A program made the position numbers and the translations under genes. A stretch of DNA of 64,000 nucleotides from Lingula anatina. Lineage: Eukaryota > Animalia > Brachiopoda. Numbering within the stretch: the stretch's first letter is position 1; every line of letters begins with the position of its first letter. Of this stretch, positions 24,901 to 38,287 are shown piece by piece. The notes under the pieces were generated by a model. That model was not told the DNA's origin. It did no database searches and saw only the letters and a list, made by a program, of their open reading frames with translations. The stretch is taken from contig CM120640.1 of assembly GCA_051362555.1 (NCBI GenBank), positions 67,310,788 through 67,374,787 on the forward strand, read 5' to 3'.

Positions 24901-27900
24901 AAGATAGCGCGAATAGAAAATAGAATTTAGAAAATAGACATTGCATGTGAACGAAGCCTTAGTCCTGGATGCCACACAGGGCAGGTTCTAGAATTGAGTG
25001 CACAATACTTTGGTTAAGCTTAGCTCGTTTCAGTTGACGGAGGAAATAGAGTCTTGCATTATGTTTACATTATGTGTCGCCAATTTGGAAAAAAAATTGA
25101 TAAAAGAGAAATCATGCACCTATATGCCTAATATATGAGGAGTGAATATCAGCTTATTAAAATTCTGCTTACTCTAAAGACATGTTTTAGTCCCATGTTG
25201 GATCATCAGGATCCTTTAATTCCCTCTTCTTCAGCATCTTCCTCCTCTTCCATCTGCACTTCTTCCAGTTCAGGCATACCATAGGAAAAAGTTACCTTGA
25301 TACTGCAACCAAAAAAAAAAAAAAAAGCAACAGTACATAAAATAAGATAATCGAGTTTGAGAAAAATTATGTAAAAACATAACTGAAATAAGTATAAAAC
25401 TCAACTGAAATAAGTATAAATGCCATTTTTCTCAATATGATCACCTTAAATTATCTAGACTGTCATCTTCAACTGCACTAGTATTAACTACAACTTAATT
25501 TTGAAGTTTCTTGATCACTTCATATTGGTTTAATCTCCGAAATACTGGTTGGAAGTTAAAATTGTATGATCTAAATTATTACTCTGGACTATTTAATACA
25601 TTAGAGAGATGTACCAAACATAAACATGCAATATCCCCTTTCTGATTTATTTATTTTTAATGTAAAAAGGAGACAAATTGTCTTTAAAATATAAAATCAA
25701 ATACTACTATTTATTTTCACTTATAGTTGACATGCCATTTAACATTGGGTTAAACTTAGATACAATAACAGCTTCTGCACATTCATTTTGGGATTTAGAT
25801 GCCTAAAGAAATAGCATCTTTGTCATATGTCTTAATTACTGTGGTATGCCTAGATGTTAGAGGCACAAGAAATGTGCCCTCGGCAAGTCAAAAATTCGCC
25901 CTGGTCATTGTAATGTATATGTAATGAGACTAGTATCTCCCACCATGTCCGTTTTTATTTAAACTTTCTTTGCTCTATAAACTAACCCAAACCCTGTCAG
26001 AGTCGACATATGAGCAACACTTGCAATTTCTGTCATCGATACCACTCATATTAGTTACAATTTCATGGCATATTTTGACAGACGAGCCTGACAATCGTTA
26101 AGATATACAACGAACACACGTAAATAAACATAAATCTCTGTGCTTAATAAATATTTTCACTGGTGTCTTATCTCAAAGATTATTGTAAATGGTACTCACA
26201 AATCCAGTAAATACTTCGCGGCCAGGCCATTCTTCGTATCCATGGCCACCCAAGCAGGTTTTCATCTGCCTTCTTCCTCGCCGGTGTTTATTGTTTGCCT
26301 GTCGTACATTTGCTGATACACTGTTTTACGCATGTTTTTTGTAAAGGCTGTTTCTTTTTTCTTTTTGTTATCTGTCTTCGCTTCTTCGAAGGACTCCCAG
26401 TATAACTGAGCCTCCTGTTTCACGTTGTCCTTTCCCGGCAGCTTGAACTGGTTTTAACTAGGTCGCAATACGAGAATCTCGCGAGATCCGGAAGTCTAGA
26501 GAGCTCAATTATGAAAATGGAGGTGGTTGTTGGTAAACCTCCGCTTAAGCGGAGGTTTTCTTTTTATTGTATTTTCCAAAAATGTTACAGAGCGATGGCG
26601 AGTGCCGGGAATGATAGATTAAAGGTTGGTAAATCGCGGAAAAGTAGTGTTAACCTCGGGATAAATCAGGATAAATCAATTTTGGCGCGAAAATCCTCTT
26701 TTGTGTCCTTTTAAAAGTAACAGAATGAAAAACTGAGGAATTAAAACTGCACAATGTAGGCTGGGATGGGGAAATGGGCTGTAAAAGAGACATAATGGTA
26801 ACCTGGATATATTTGCAGGCTAACACATGAGGATTTGGTTTTAATGTAATGCTCTACCATTAGGCACATTGTTTGTTACTGATAACTATGATAATTATAC
26901 GCCAAAATGTAATGGAGGTATACTAACTCCTTCCTTTACAGTATTGTTCATGTGCTGTGGTTGTGTTTGGAAAGCACTCAAAACAATGACGTCACTGTAA
27001 ATATTTCTGTTTCGATGCTGACCACTTAGATTAAATGTTAATAAATTAGTAATAATATCAATTGAGACTACTTAATAAGTTTTCTATGGAAAAACTTTAT
27101 TCCATGATATGCTGCACGTCACCTTACCTGCATCTTATTTCTCTGAGTGTTAATTAGTACCACCAGCGTATACGCTGGCGGTACTTATGGTTTTAGTCCC
27201 GACCCGTCTCGTACAGCTCCGCCGGCTCCTGCGGCTCCGCAGTCGGGCGCCGGAAACAAGTCACCGTTACCGCTTCTCCTCCTAGACCGCCAGGACCTGT
27301 GTCCCCATCTCTTGGATTTAGGTCACATATAATCTCAACTTGAACACCCTGTTTTTTTTGTCTCTGTCGGTGCATTGGCCTGGGCGTGACACTTGTTGAA
27401 ACGCACCCTTGTCAAAATTTTTGAAAATTCAAGGCTAAATATCTCCCAAACCAAAGGAATTATGGGAAAAATTACTACAGAAGTCTGACCAAAAGTCATA
27501 TGTGGAGATCCCAAATATGCCCTTTGATTTGACTTTTGACCTTTTTTTCAAGGTCAAACAAGCCAAAATTTTCTAAAAAAGGGAATTTTCTGCAAAAAAA
27601 TATTTGTTTGTGCTATTTTTTGGAAACTACACAGATCTAAGCTATCCTGTTACAGTGAGGGGTTACAATTGGGGACTCCTTTCATCTTTGGGAGTTTGGG
27701 GTCAATCGGTGCATTTTCACGGGAGAAGCAGCCATTAGATATCGAAACTGAAAACTTGCCTTTATTCTGGAATGGTAAATGCCAGAGACCTTTTGTTCAT
27801 CGCACTGTGTAGAACTTGTCAAGTGCAATACTGGAGGTGGTGTCCATTTTTTTGTTTTCGATATGGTTTAGGCATTGCGCTATATCAAAAATATCAACAT

Positions 27901-28794
27901 CGCAATATTCAGTGGGGAAAATGTTAAATATTCCAAAACTGGCAGAGATACGCCCATAGTTACTATTGAACTTGAATAGGAAGTTATATACAAGTAATCT
28001 AACTGTGACCTTTAAATTGACCTTTGACCTACTTTTCACCATGAACTAAACTTTGCAAATTTTCCAGCCCTTATATCTCCAAAACTGGCAGAGATACACC
28101 CATAGTTACTGTTGAACTTGAATAGGAAGTCATATACTGGCATTCTTATTGTGACCTTGAAATTGACCTTAGACATACTTTTCAACATGAACTGAACTTT
28201 GCAAATTTTCTATCCCTTATATCTCGAAAACTGGCAGAGATAGGTCCAAAGTTACTATTGAACTTGAATAGGAAGTCATATACTGGCAATCTTACTGTGA
28301 CCTTGAAATTGACCTTTGACCTACTATTTATGATGAACTGCACTTTGCATGTTTCCTGGCCTTCATATCTCCAACATTGGCAAAGAAATGCCCATAGCTA
28401 CTATTAAACTTATATAGGAAGTCATATACTGTGACCTTGAAATTGACCTTTGATCTACTTTTTTACCTCAAACTGAACTCTGCATATTTTCTTGCCCTTA
28501 ATATCTTCAAAACTAGCAGAGATCTGCCCAGTGTTGTCCCTAGGTTTTCTCTTTTGTCAGCATTCCGGTATATGCATTACTGATAATGCATTTCAAGGAA
28601 AACCAATAGGCCTATTGTCTAGAAAATCATAGGAGTGATCAGTGTTAGGAAAATACAGGTTAATTAGGACATCTCCTTGATTGGACCATTTTAACTGTTA
28701 TGTTTTTTTTTATTTTTTTTTCATATTTTGAGAACTCTTGTTTATTGCATTTTATAGAGCTTGTCAAGCACAAGACTGGTGGTGGTGTCCAATT

Positions 28795-28826
<32 letters not shown>

Positions 28827-30038
28827 GTCCATAAGAATGCGCTTACTCCAGCTGGTGGTACAATATCCAGAGGCGGTATTGCCTCTCTGATCCTCTAGTT
28901 ATTAATTGAATGCTTAGGTTGGTCCCCTCTGCCACTAACCAGGATTAGTTATTCAAGTAAAAGTAGCGTATTTCTGTAAATCAACATGAATAAAAGATTA
29001 TTAAATGTGAACTGAGGGCAGAGAGGGGACACCAATGAATATATGATGACATTGTATTTGTTTTTAGAGCAAATGATCTTCTTTGACCTTTTGACTTTAA
29101 GAATAGAAAAGTATGTTGGTTAACATGGCAGATCAATACATGAAGATTAAGTAGCTGTCAGTCACATTTAATGTTTTTGTATCAATATATCTGTAACAAA
29201 TTAAACATGACATTTGTTAACTTTCATGATAGTTAGAGATATATTGAGGAATTTTGATTGAAAAGGTGGTGTTAGATTTGAATTATTTATTTCTGTCTTT
29301 ATTCTGTTTGACATTACTTTTACAACACAGAACTTAATAAGTTTTGTTAATTTTTTCAGACTTTTTGTAGATGGCCGTATTAACTGGGGAAGAATAATCA
29401 CACTTCTGTGCTTTGGGTACAGAATGGCCATTGAAACACTCCATAGAGGTTTCAGGAGTTTTGTTCAAAAGATCGTCCAGTTTGTCGTCAAGTTTATTGC
29501 AGTGGAAAAAATTGCCAAATGGATTGCAGAACAAGGTGGCTGGGTGAGCTGGTTTCTGTTCATTGTGATTTTTTTTTAAATAGGGATACTCTAAGGAGAT
29601 AATATTTTTTCAATGTCACTAGTTTAAATATGATTAAATAATAAATCATTTTTAAAGAGACTAACTGTATTTTCTGTCTGGGCATGAAGTTTCGACCCAT
29701 CGTCATAGGAGCTTGATCACATGACCAACTTCTACCTCAGTGGTTGAAATTGTGTTTAATCTCGTTGAAAAACATTTACTTTTTAAAATATTTTTATAGG
29801 GAAAACTATACTTGTGAGAAAATGAAGAATTTATTCATTTAATATTCATTATTATTTAATTTGAAGTGGGGAAGTGCTTTGTTCCTGTTAGTGATTGATT
29901 ATGATATATGCTCTGTTTGTTTTCCAGGCTGCTGCCCTAAGATATGTCCCAGAGACCGTGGGGATGCCTGTATTTATGGGAATGGTGTGCATCCTGGTAA
30001 CAGCAGTAGCAGCATGGTATTATTTTAAAAAGAATTGA
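15915..30038 (+). CDS. BAK1: Bcl-2 homologous antagonist/killer (BAK-like pro-apoptotic effector)
   Basis: In-phase exons 15915-16186 (EGIFKNFIYQRL), 18241-18384 (BH3 QIGRRLALIGDDINRKY), 29360-29543 (BH1 LFVDGRINWGRIITLLCFGY; BH2 WIAEQGGW) and 29928-30038 (TM anchor ending WYYFKKN*). Confidence 0.92.
17087..17303. mobile_element. MITE in BAK intron
   Basis: Imperfect TIRs ATTTCCAGAGATTTGATCGATCTA / TAGATCGATCTAAAAGCTCTGGGAAT. Confidence 0.6.
19597..19635 (+). other. Candidate alternative microexon of BAK
   Basis: AG-free, pyrimidine-rich zone of ~160 nt (19436-19594), then clustered AGs ending at 19596, 19602, 19607 and 19617, and a consensus donor AG|GTGAGT at 19636. Confidence 0.5.
22571..22740 (+). 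mobile_element. LINE (CR1/L2-clade-like) ORF2 C-terminal remnant
   Basis: Translates to CLKLCLENSYQEALQSYNTASLQCRCDKLCKRLLQKI..HMIHHLLPKP, the typical post-RT tail of such LINEs. Confidence 0.6.
24410..25090 (-). mobile_element. 5'-truncated LINE ORF2 remnant, split by a MITE
   Basis: RLYFLRQLKRA..CPVWHPGL | TIEQ..QTRALKIIFPDLYYDETL..DKLNHI..FKTDRF*CSFIPYA; the reading frame resumes across the MITE insertion. Confidence 0.75.
24702..24958. mobile_element. Near-perfect palindromic PIF/Harbinger (Tourist-like) MITE, 257 bp
   Basis: Arms of ~120 bp starting GGCTTCGTTCACATGCAATGTCTATTTTC; TTA TSD at 24699-24701 and 24959-24961. Confidence 0.9.
27150..28900 (+). mobile_element. Non-autonomous Helentron/HINE-type element with internal tandem array
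   Basis: Subterminal inverted repeats TACCACCAGC / GCTGGTGGTA, 5' palindrome CCAGCGTATACGCTGG, 3' stem-loop AGAGGC-GGTATT-GCCTCT, terminal CTAGTT, T-rich insertion context, and GACCTT(T)GA motifs. Confidence 0.75.
27935..28530 (+). repeat. Tandem array of ~146-bp units (about 4 copies plus a partial)
   Basis: AAAACTGGCAGAGATA..ATAGTTACTATTGAACTTGAATAGGAAGTCATATACTG..GTGACCTTGAAATTGACCTT recurs at ~27935, 28080, 28226, 28372 and 28508. Confidence 0.9.
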
Positions 30039-33000
30039 AGTCCAGCAATAACAATTTACACATCAGTATTGACATTTAATGTATACTGGGAAGAAACTTG
30101 TTTTGTAAAGAGCATTTTTAACAGAAGAATCTGCGCAATATGACATTTGCTTGAAAAAAAAAACATATCTCATATTTGCACATTATTTCAAGTAAACGAT
30201 AAAAGTGTCTAAATCTTCCTGTTTATTACATTTTGCAAGTTGACACACGTTCTGACTCTTGTTTTCTCTCTTGAACACCAAGCCAAATTCAGGGTGAATA
30301 TTTAGAATATTTATTGATTTATCTCTGGAGGAGTGCATGTATCATTGACCCAATTCATCTGTCGATGTAAATGGCATCCAATATTGGCAGCCTTTATTTG
30401 ATCTATATGAGAACATTTCTGGAACCTTTTATGTCATTTTTGACTGAGGCTTGAATTGCCAAATCTGAATAAATTTTGAATATAAGTGTGGCTCTGAAAA
30501 AATATTTTACATTATTATTAAATATTATATTAGATCATTATATTAGATCAGAATATAGAGTGCTGAAGCTATTTTGTTGACATAAAAAGTTTAGACACCA
30601 TTTTAAATGTGCCTTCAAACACCTTACATTTTTTAATCATGAAAGGTGTTTGCTACTAATTTGATAATGTTACAGAATATGTGATAAAAAGGCTTCCCCA
30701 AAATTAAATGTCTGGAGTCATTTGTGTAATGTCAGTAAAAATTGGTATATGTATTTAACATGATGCATTCTTCTGGAATTTTTATAGGGGGTAGGGAGGG
30801 GGGATGAGAATAGATTTGTTTGATTAATCACAACTTATGCATAATACAGTTGTGCAAAAGACTTGCAATAAGAGTCTAGTTTTTACATAAAGTAGAATAC
30901 AATCATTCACTGAACATTTTTTTGAGCTGTATATGGATGGTGCTGCATGGTGTTTTTAGTACAGTGGGTACAGAAATACACTCTCCCCTTTTTTGTCTCA
31001 AGAGTATAGTTATAAGTGTGACACAGTGTAGCAAATTATAAATTCAAATATATATATATATATATACATATTGTGACAAATAAGAAAAAAACTGCTGGGT
31101 ATTCATTTGATCTCAGAACGAAATGTATATACTAGAATACTGTAAAATATAGTTTGTGTGTTGTCAATTGCCATTAATATCACTGTTTTCAAGGTTCAGT
31201 AAGCTTGCATGTGGTTGTGTCTTCATGGAAAGTGTTATTTTACATGATACTTGTGTTTTAAGTTATTGGACTTTTCAATGTTAAAAGGAAGTGCACTCTT
31301 TTCCCATTTAATATATAACACGAGGCAGAGCCTGTGGTATTGTTTTTAATTTTCTGTTATTTCTATCTACTATAAGATGGCTATTGACCTAAAGAATTTC
31401 TTTATTTAAGTGATATATCTTTTTAATGTCCCAAACTGTGTATTATATGCATGGAGATGTTAATCAAGGCATGATATTGCATGTTGTTTTAAATATTGAC
31501 ATTTTCAAAAACAATTTGCTAAAAGCGGGGCTCTTACTAATAAAATATTCTATGCAATGAAATTGATTTTTTTTCTCCCTTTTACTTTATTTCCTGCAGA
31601 ATAAATATGACATAATTATGAGCAATGTGAAAGTGAGCTACAATCTTGGAAACTGGAACATTTTGGCTCACTAGTTCCTCCGTTTTTCTAAAAATTGAGG
31701 ATGTGCCTTTCAACAAATTCAGGTGCAAAGTTGTAATGATGAATAGGAACTTGTCCTTCATGATATGGTCAGACATTTTTCTTCCTAATTGTTTACTGAA
31801 GTTGCTCAATTTATTTTGGTATTCAATTATTTATAATCAATTTATGAGCACAGCAACTTGAGAAATGATAGCAGTGAGTTTTGTAATTTTATTACAAACT
31901 TGTGAATATAACATTCTATTTAAAAGTATAAGAAATGTGAAAATTGCACATACACGTGTCTCGTGAAAATGTATCAGATCATTCAAATATTATTCTAGGA
32001 ATTTTACTTTACACATGTGAAATGCTGATATTTATCCACCAGCTTATTGTACTAAGCATGTTTTGAAAAAGCAAATTAAGCTGGGGGAACTTTAAAAAAA
32101 TCACAGATTTAATTGAAAAATTAAATTTAAAAAGTAAAATCGTTATCATTTTATCTCTGATATGTATTATAAAAATGCCTAAAACAAATTTAACATCTTT
32201 ACAGACAGTGTGTCACAGATCTGGTCATTTCAAGCAGGTGGGATCATACCAATATTTCCTTACTTTTGTATTTAAAAAATCTTAACAGGTGGGTAGTTAT
32301 GAACTTGAATAAATCATAATAAAAAATATATTATTTAGCTAAATATTTAACACTTAAGCAGGTATAATACTTCTCATATATATACTGGGGTATTTACCTG
32401 TTTGCAAAAATGCCATTGCTTCTAGAGATAATATGCACCATACCACAATATTATTATCCTTCATTAATTATCTTTATGCGCATGATGATTATCATCAATT
32501 TCAGGTTCACGCATCTTTTCAGCTATTTTTGATTACATGGTATACTGTTCTTGAGCTCCACAAAGCATTAAACTGACTAGAAAATAAGTTGCGCAACTTT
32601 TGTACAGCTTTGTCATGCTGTAAAAGTATTCTTATGCAACAATGTTACATTGATTGTCAAATTTACATAGGAAACAACTTAAAGCTTCTGTCACCCCCCC
32701 CCCCCCCCCCCCCCCCCAGCAATAAAAATCAATCAGCAAAAAATGACTACAGCATATTCATAGATTGCTGAAGCATACGAATGTAATATATGTACAATTT
32801 CATAATGACAGATGGCTTTGGTTTACATTATAAAAGAAAGTATCATTACATTTACCCTTTAAAAATGAAACTAATGGTATTTCTAAAAGCATAAAATTAT
32901 GTTTTTTGTTTATTTTTTAAAGGAAAATTATGATTAAAAGCCATTTCCTCCTTTTCATTCTATACACAGGATGCATGAACACTACAGTATGTTGATACTA

Positions 33001-33084
33001 TGTACATCTCAAACAAGTAACTACAGCTTTCATGTTTACGACACTCAATGAAAAAATACAACTTTAGTCATCTGTTCTTTCCCT

Positions 33085-36000
33085 TTAAGTGATAACTAAA
33101 GATCTCATATGAGCCAGATTTTCTGTGATTCCAGATTTCAGGTCTCTCATTTTTTGTTCTAGTTCTTCCTGTCTGGCCGCACGCTGCCGCCTGGCAACAT
33201 CCTGGGCTTGTTTTCTTTGTAAAGCAACAGCATCTGCATATTCTTCATATTGTAGACGGCGCTGTGTTTCATTCCACCTAGCTTGTGCACGTTGATTTTT
33301 TAATTCCTGAAGAGAATAAACAGTCACGTCAATGTTTATAATGTTTATTACATATTCTTTAATTAGTGCTGCTTTGCAGAATTTTTACCACAATTTTCTT
33401 TGTAATTTTCAGGCAGAATCACTTATCATTTTAAATACTCTCATCTAAATCTCATGTAAAACAATGATAAAAATTAACAGAATGAAATTATAACAATGAA
33501 AGTGCAACCTTCATTCTACATCATGTTTGACAAGTAAACAACTGTGTTAACTTTGTTCACAGCAAATATCAATAGCCAAATGAATTATGCAACAGTGTAG
33601 TAAGGTTTTAATAAAGTAAAACATAAAAAACACCTAAACTTGCAAGGTAAGGTTGACAAAAATATATTTGCATGCACAATAAAGAAGGGTAAAATTCAAG
33701 AATGACCGACACCAAAGGAAAATGCATCACAAGGAAGTCAGAAAACATATTTCTCATGGGAAAGGAACAAGCAATAAAAATGATTGGAAAGGAATTATAC
33801 CCCAGAGACCAACACCAAGCCAAGCATATCTGTCAATAATCTATACCTACCTGTAGATTTGATGTACACTACCTATGGATTCTATCTACCATAATCACTG
33901 ATAAGGAAAGAGAAGAAGGGAACTGAACTATATGTATATTTTTAATGAATTTTAAGCAACAGAGTATACATACATGCATTTAATACATACAGGTATAAAT
34001 ACACATATGTATTTCTTTGGGTTCAGTTGAGTAAACGTAGAAATATATGTCATGCATGCATGCATGCTATTCTCTGTTGATCTATCCTTGTATATTTTAG
34101 AAATTTCTGATGAGGAGGGTGTATATTATAGTATATACACAGACAGGAATTTCAATAATAACCATTAAAAAAAGAGAAGAAAACCATTAACTACACCTAT
34201 CTAGCACAATTGTAAAAAACTAAAATGTTTAGATTTTTATATATATGCATCCCTACAAGTACATGTATTCTTACCACATAATCACTCCACTCCAAGTATG
34301 CACTTCCTAAATGAATGAAATTTTAGCTGTGTAAAACTGATTCTCAAAAATATGAACATACTGCATGGTAAGGTTTTGGCTGTTGTATCTGTGTTGATGA
34401 TATCTTGTTTTATCAATACCACTTGTGCATTGGTATAAACAAACCTCTGAGTTAAACTTTGCCCATTTATAAACACCTTAAAATAACATACCTGTCTTCG
34501 CTCTAGTGTTTGCTGCATAGCACGCTCTCGATCCTGCATAACTGCTTCACGTTGCATCTGTCGTTGTCTCATGGCTTCTATCCTCCGTTGTTCCACCTCT
34601 GACTCTCTCATTGCACAGGCATCCATCTTCCTGCGAATTTCATCCCCAATCTGCTTTTTGGCATCTCTAGTTCTCTCAACTTGCATTTGGGCCTGGCGTT
34701 GACGGTGCCTCTCATTTTCCATGTGTGCCTTTAGATTTTGTCTGTAGCTGTCGTGGGAAGGAGGATGCATTCCACTTCTGTGGGGAGCAGTTTTCTCCCA
34801 GGAATGGTTCTTATCCATGATTCTCTTTGCTCTAAAACAAAAAACACACAAATATTGAAATTAATGCATTATTTAGCACTATATCACCAATATAATAAGT
34901 CATAGGTGGGAAATATTAATTCTCACCCTTACCAGTACGCGAAAAAATCAATAGTGAAAAAGATATCTTAAAACTGTGAAGAAGAATATATAAACTGTCA
35001 TGAACAACAATTTTTACCTGAAATCTCTCCCTTGATGGTCTTTGTGAGGAGTCTTTTCTTTACTAGGAGGATGTGGCTGTTTGGTGCTCTCCTGGAAAAG
35101 GTCTCTGTCGTATTTGACACTATGGTTCACGGGTTTATACATAGTATCTGACCACTCCACTGAAATAATTGCTATACATTAAAATGTGTTCACTAATGTG
35201 ATGGGTGAGACATATCAACCAAACAGATTCGCCTTCTCCAAAGAACTAAATCTTCTATTGATAAGTGAAAGTATATGTGTCTAAATGAAACAATTTAGAG
35301 TGAAAGTCTACATGATATTTTTTTATGCAATTACAGATATGCTCATATACTTTTAAATATTAAACTTAAAGTTTAAAAGCAATTGTCAGACATAAAAAGA
35401 TTCTATTTACATACCATAGCCATTAGGTCCAATTGTTGGCTCTCTGCATTCCAAGGGAAGGGGTGTGGCACTTTCATTGTAAGGCCCTGGGGTGGGAGGG
35501 CCTATCAAGGCAGGACTTGGTTCATTGTTCCAATACTTCCATGGTGGCCTGCTCTCCACTGGGATTGTTTTCCTTGTTCCAAAATTTGGGGATTTTGATC
35601 TGCGGGTTTGTGTCACTTTATCTTCAGTATCAGAAAGGGCCCCATCTGATCCAAAACTGTACCTTCGCCTCCTTCGTGTGTAACCACCGGGATCTGATCC
35701 CGTCCAAGTTCCAACACCACTGTCAAGGTCTATCTCTTCTTCCCAATCACTTTCATCTTCAAATGTCACTGACCTCCTCCTGGGAAATGTGTCCATGGGC
35801 ACATCATCCATGTCCTCAAATGACACAGATCTCCTCCTCAGAGAGGCCTCTTTCTGCATTTGCTTCCTTCTCAACAATCGCTCCCTTTCTTGTCTGATCT
35901 TTACGGCCTGTCGGTTTCGGCGCTCCCTGTTTATCTGACGCTCATCCTCATCATCCATCTTGTGTTCCATGATCTGTGACATTACTTTCTGGTTGAGTTG

Positions 36001-38287
36001 CTCTTTTGTTAACCCAGTTCCAGGAATAAGCTTATTCATCTCTTCACTTTTTACTGCGCTGGGAGGTTTCTCCATGTGTTTGTGGTGTACTGGGTAGATA
36101 GGGACATAAGAGGGGTGGTGATACAGGCCTCGGTCAATCATGACAGGGGTATGCACCCTATCTACATACACTGGTGCTGGCAACTCATACTCGTCAGGAT
36201 CTGCATCTGGTCCTGATGTAGGGTAACCTGGGAGGTTATCAAGGGGATACCTGTCTTGGGCCTCGAGGGTTTTTCTTGCTTTGGGTGGCATTTGAAGTTC
36301 AAACTTTATTCTCTCATATAGGCCATCAGGGATCCATACTGCCATGCCAGGATGGACTTGCTCCGTTCTGCCATTGAAGAAATTCACTGTGATCGACTCA
36401 TCCTTTGCAGTGCCTGTTTAAATGAATAAAGGAAATGAATTTTAATTTAACTAAATATTTAAAAAATTTTAATTAAAAAATTTTAATTTAAAAATTCCAG
36501 CACCAAAAGTATTCATGAATTATTGCATTAAATTAATTTATTAAAAAATTTTAATTAAAAAATTCCACCACTGGAAGTATTGCATTATATTAATTGTTCC
36601 TGAACCAAATACATCAAAAATAACATCTGAAGTGTTTGCAAAAAGAACAGGTGTGTCTGGATAGTCCAGAGTTTCATTGTAACATTTTCATCAGTTTTTT
36701 AATAAAATGGTTTTGTTGGGTCAAAGGTTCTAAAGTTAACATTCGGACCAGTGAACCTTTGGATTATTAAACCTCTAGACTACTGTCATGCACCAAAAAA
36801 GAACATGCTTAAATTTCTAAAATATCAAAAACCTACCCTCAGCAAATCTTTTCTCACATCCATCAATTACAATTCCTGGGCCAAATTTCTCTCCTTCATG
36901 CTGCCAGGGTGCTAGAACATGATCTTCAGTCACAATGGAATGCCGCAGTGCATCAGCATATGAGATGATATCATAAATGTGAGTTTCCTGGTAAACAGTA
37001 TCTTTGAATTTCCCTCTTTTGCAGGGTCCAAACTCTACCAGGAATTTGTCTGCCATAACCTGAATATATTACAATAGGGTCAAAGTTTTATGACAAAAGT
37101 TGATTGTCTTATTTTAAATCAAGGCAGTTTAAAATATCAGATTAATATCACATTATTCTAATATCAACAAATAAACATCTAGACTGTGACATCCAGTTTA
37201 ATAACACACAATAATTATACATGTATGAACCCATCTTAAGGAAAATTTGTATAATAGATAATCAACCTACCTGGCTCTTGACAGTGCCCATGTAATACAG
37301 CCCATCCTCTGTTCTCCTGGCCAGTACTCTGTTTCCTATCAGCAAAGCACCTGCTGCTGGTGACAGGGCCACTGGATTGGATGGATCTAACTCTTGTAAT
37401 TGCTTCTGTTCCTTGAGCCAGCTATGGGCGGGTCTGTAACGGGACCACATCTGGTATCTTGGGCGAGGGATGTGGTACACAGCATCTTTAGTAACAACGA
37501 CCCTTGGTGCAGGGATAGGATCCACAATGGCTGTGTCTCCTGCTACAACCACACTTGGCTGCAACCCCGGAGATAAGTACACTGTGGAGGAAGGGGGTGC
37601 TGCCAGTGTCGTGGTCAGAGAACAGAATTTTTCATTGGGATATAAAACTCCCTCTGTTGATTTGATAATTCTAGCTGCGGCTCGTTCTGATTCAAAAATG
37701 TGTGTAACTTTTTCCACACACCCGTGTTGTGTTATAGTAACTATATCGAATGAACCATACGTCTCACGAGACAGATCTTTCAGGAATTCTGTTGCAGCAC
37801 TATCAGCCTCGTTACCGTACATGAGATAAATGCAGTGTACTGGTCTGCTTTGACTGGCATAAGAAACATGGTCAAGAATGTCACTGGGGTGCTGATCAGG
37901 CAGACCATCTGTAACTAGATATACTGCCTCACAGCCTTGATCACTGAAAGCAGTCAGTAAGGCGTCCTGAGTGTTCGTCCCTGTTTTGGCACTAAGTTTC
38001 TTTATCCATGCTGCTGCAAATTTAACAGTCTGTGGGCTGCATTTCACCATCTTGTCAGCCCACTGTGTGACCTCAGAGTTGAATTCTATGATATTAAACA
38101 TAGTGTCCTCCCTCTCATGGGCTCGTTTCACTAACTTCTCAATCAGCTGGTCTTTAACCACTTCCAGTGACATGTACATGCTGCCTGATGTGTCGATGAG
38201 GAAAGTGACATTCTTCTCGGGCACATCCCTGAACATGGTGGGGGGCTCCAGGGCAGCAACCTCTCCAACAATTGGATATGCTGTCAT
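33085..38287 (-). CDS. vWA domain + C11orf16/DUF4537-like domain + coiled-coil protein (VWA3B/C11orf16-related)
   Basis: Exons 38287(ATG)-37271, 37059-36837, 36413-35415, 35159-35018, 34831-34492, 33306-33085. Intact MIDAS (FLIDTSGSM, GTNT, VTDGLPD); DUF4537-like VLARRTEDGLYY..HVLAPW..FGPGIV..VNFFNG..AVWIP; R/E/Q-rich coiled-coil tail. Confidence 0.85.

Larger units (their letters stand above)
21279..26710 (-). mobile_element. Decayed Kolobok-like DNA transposon (~5.4 kb) in BAK intron
   Basis: TTAA on both flanks (21275-78, 26711-14) and 16/19-matching TIRs with purine-purine termini (AGGGACAAAAAATAGGATT / AAGGACACAAAAGAGGATT). Minus-strand spliced, stop-ridden remnants: YDRQTINTGEEEGR*K..LAAKYLLD, acidic tract with DPDDPTWD, ERLFLTFECCLQDIF, STQP..HAG. 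These resemble Kolobok transposase motifs as recalled. Confidence 0.65.

Noticed and set aside
27935-28530. Regularly spaced repeats as a possible CRISPR-like array
   Set aside because: Whole units repeat with no unique spacers, the context is eukaryotic, and the array lies inside a Helentron-type element.
36440-36580. AT-rich short direct repeats in a vWA-gene intron
   Set aside because: Local slippage duplication with no sign of function.
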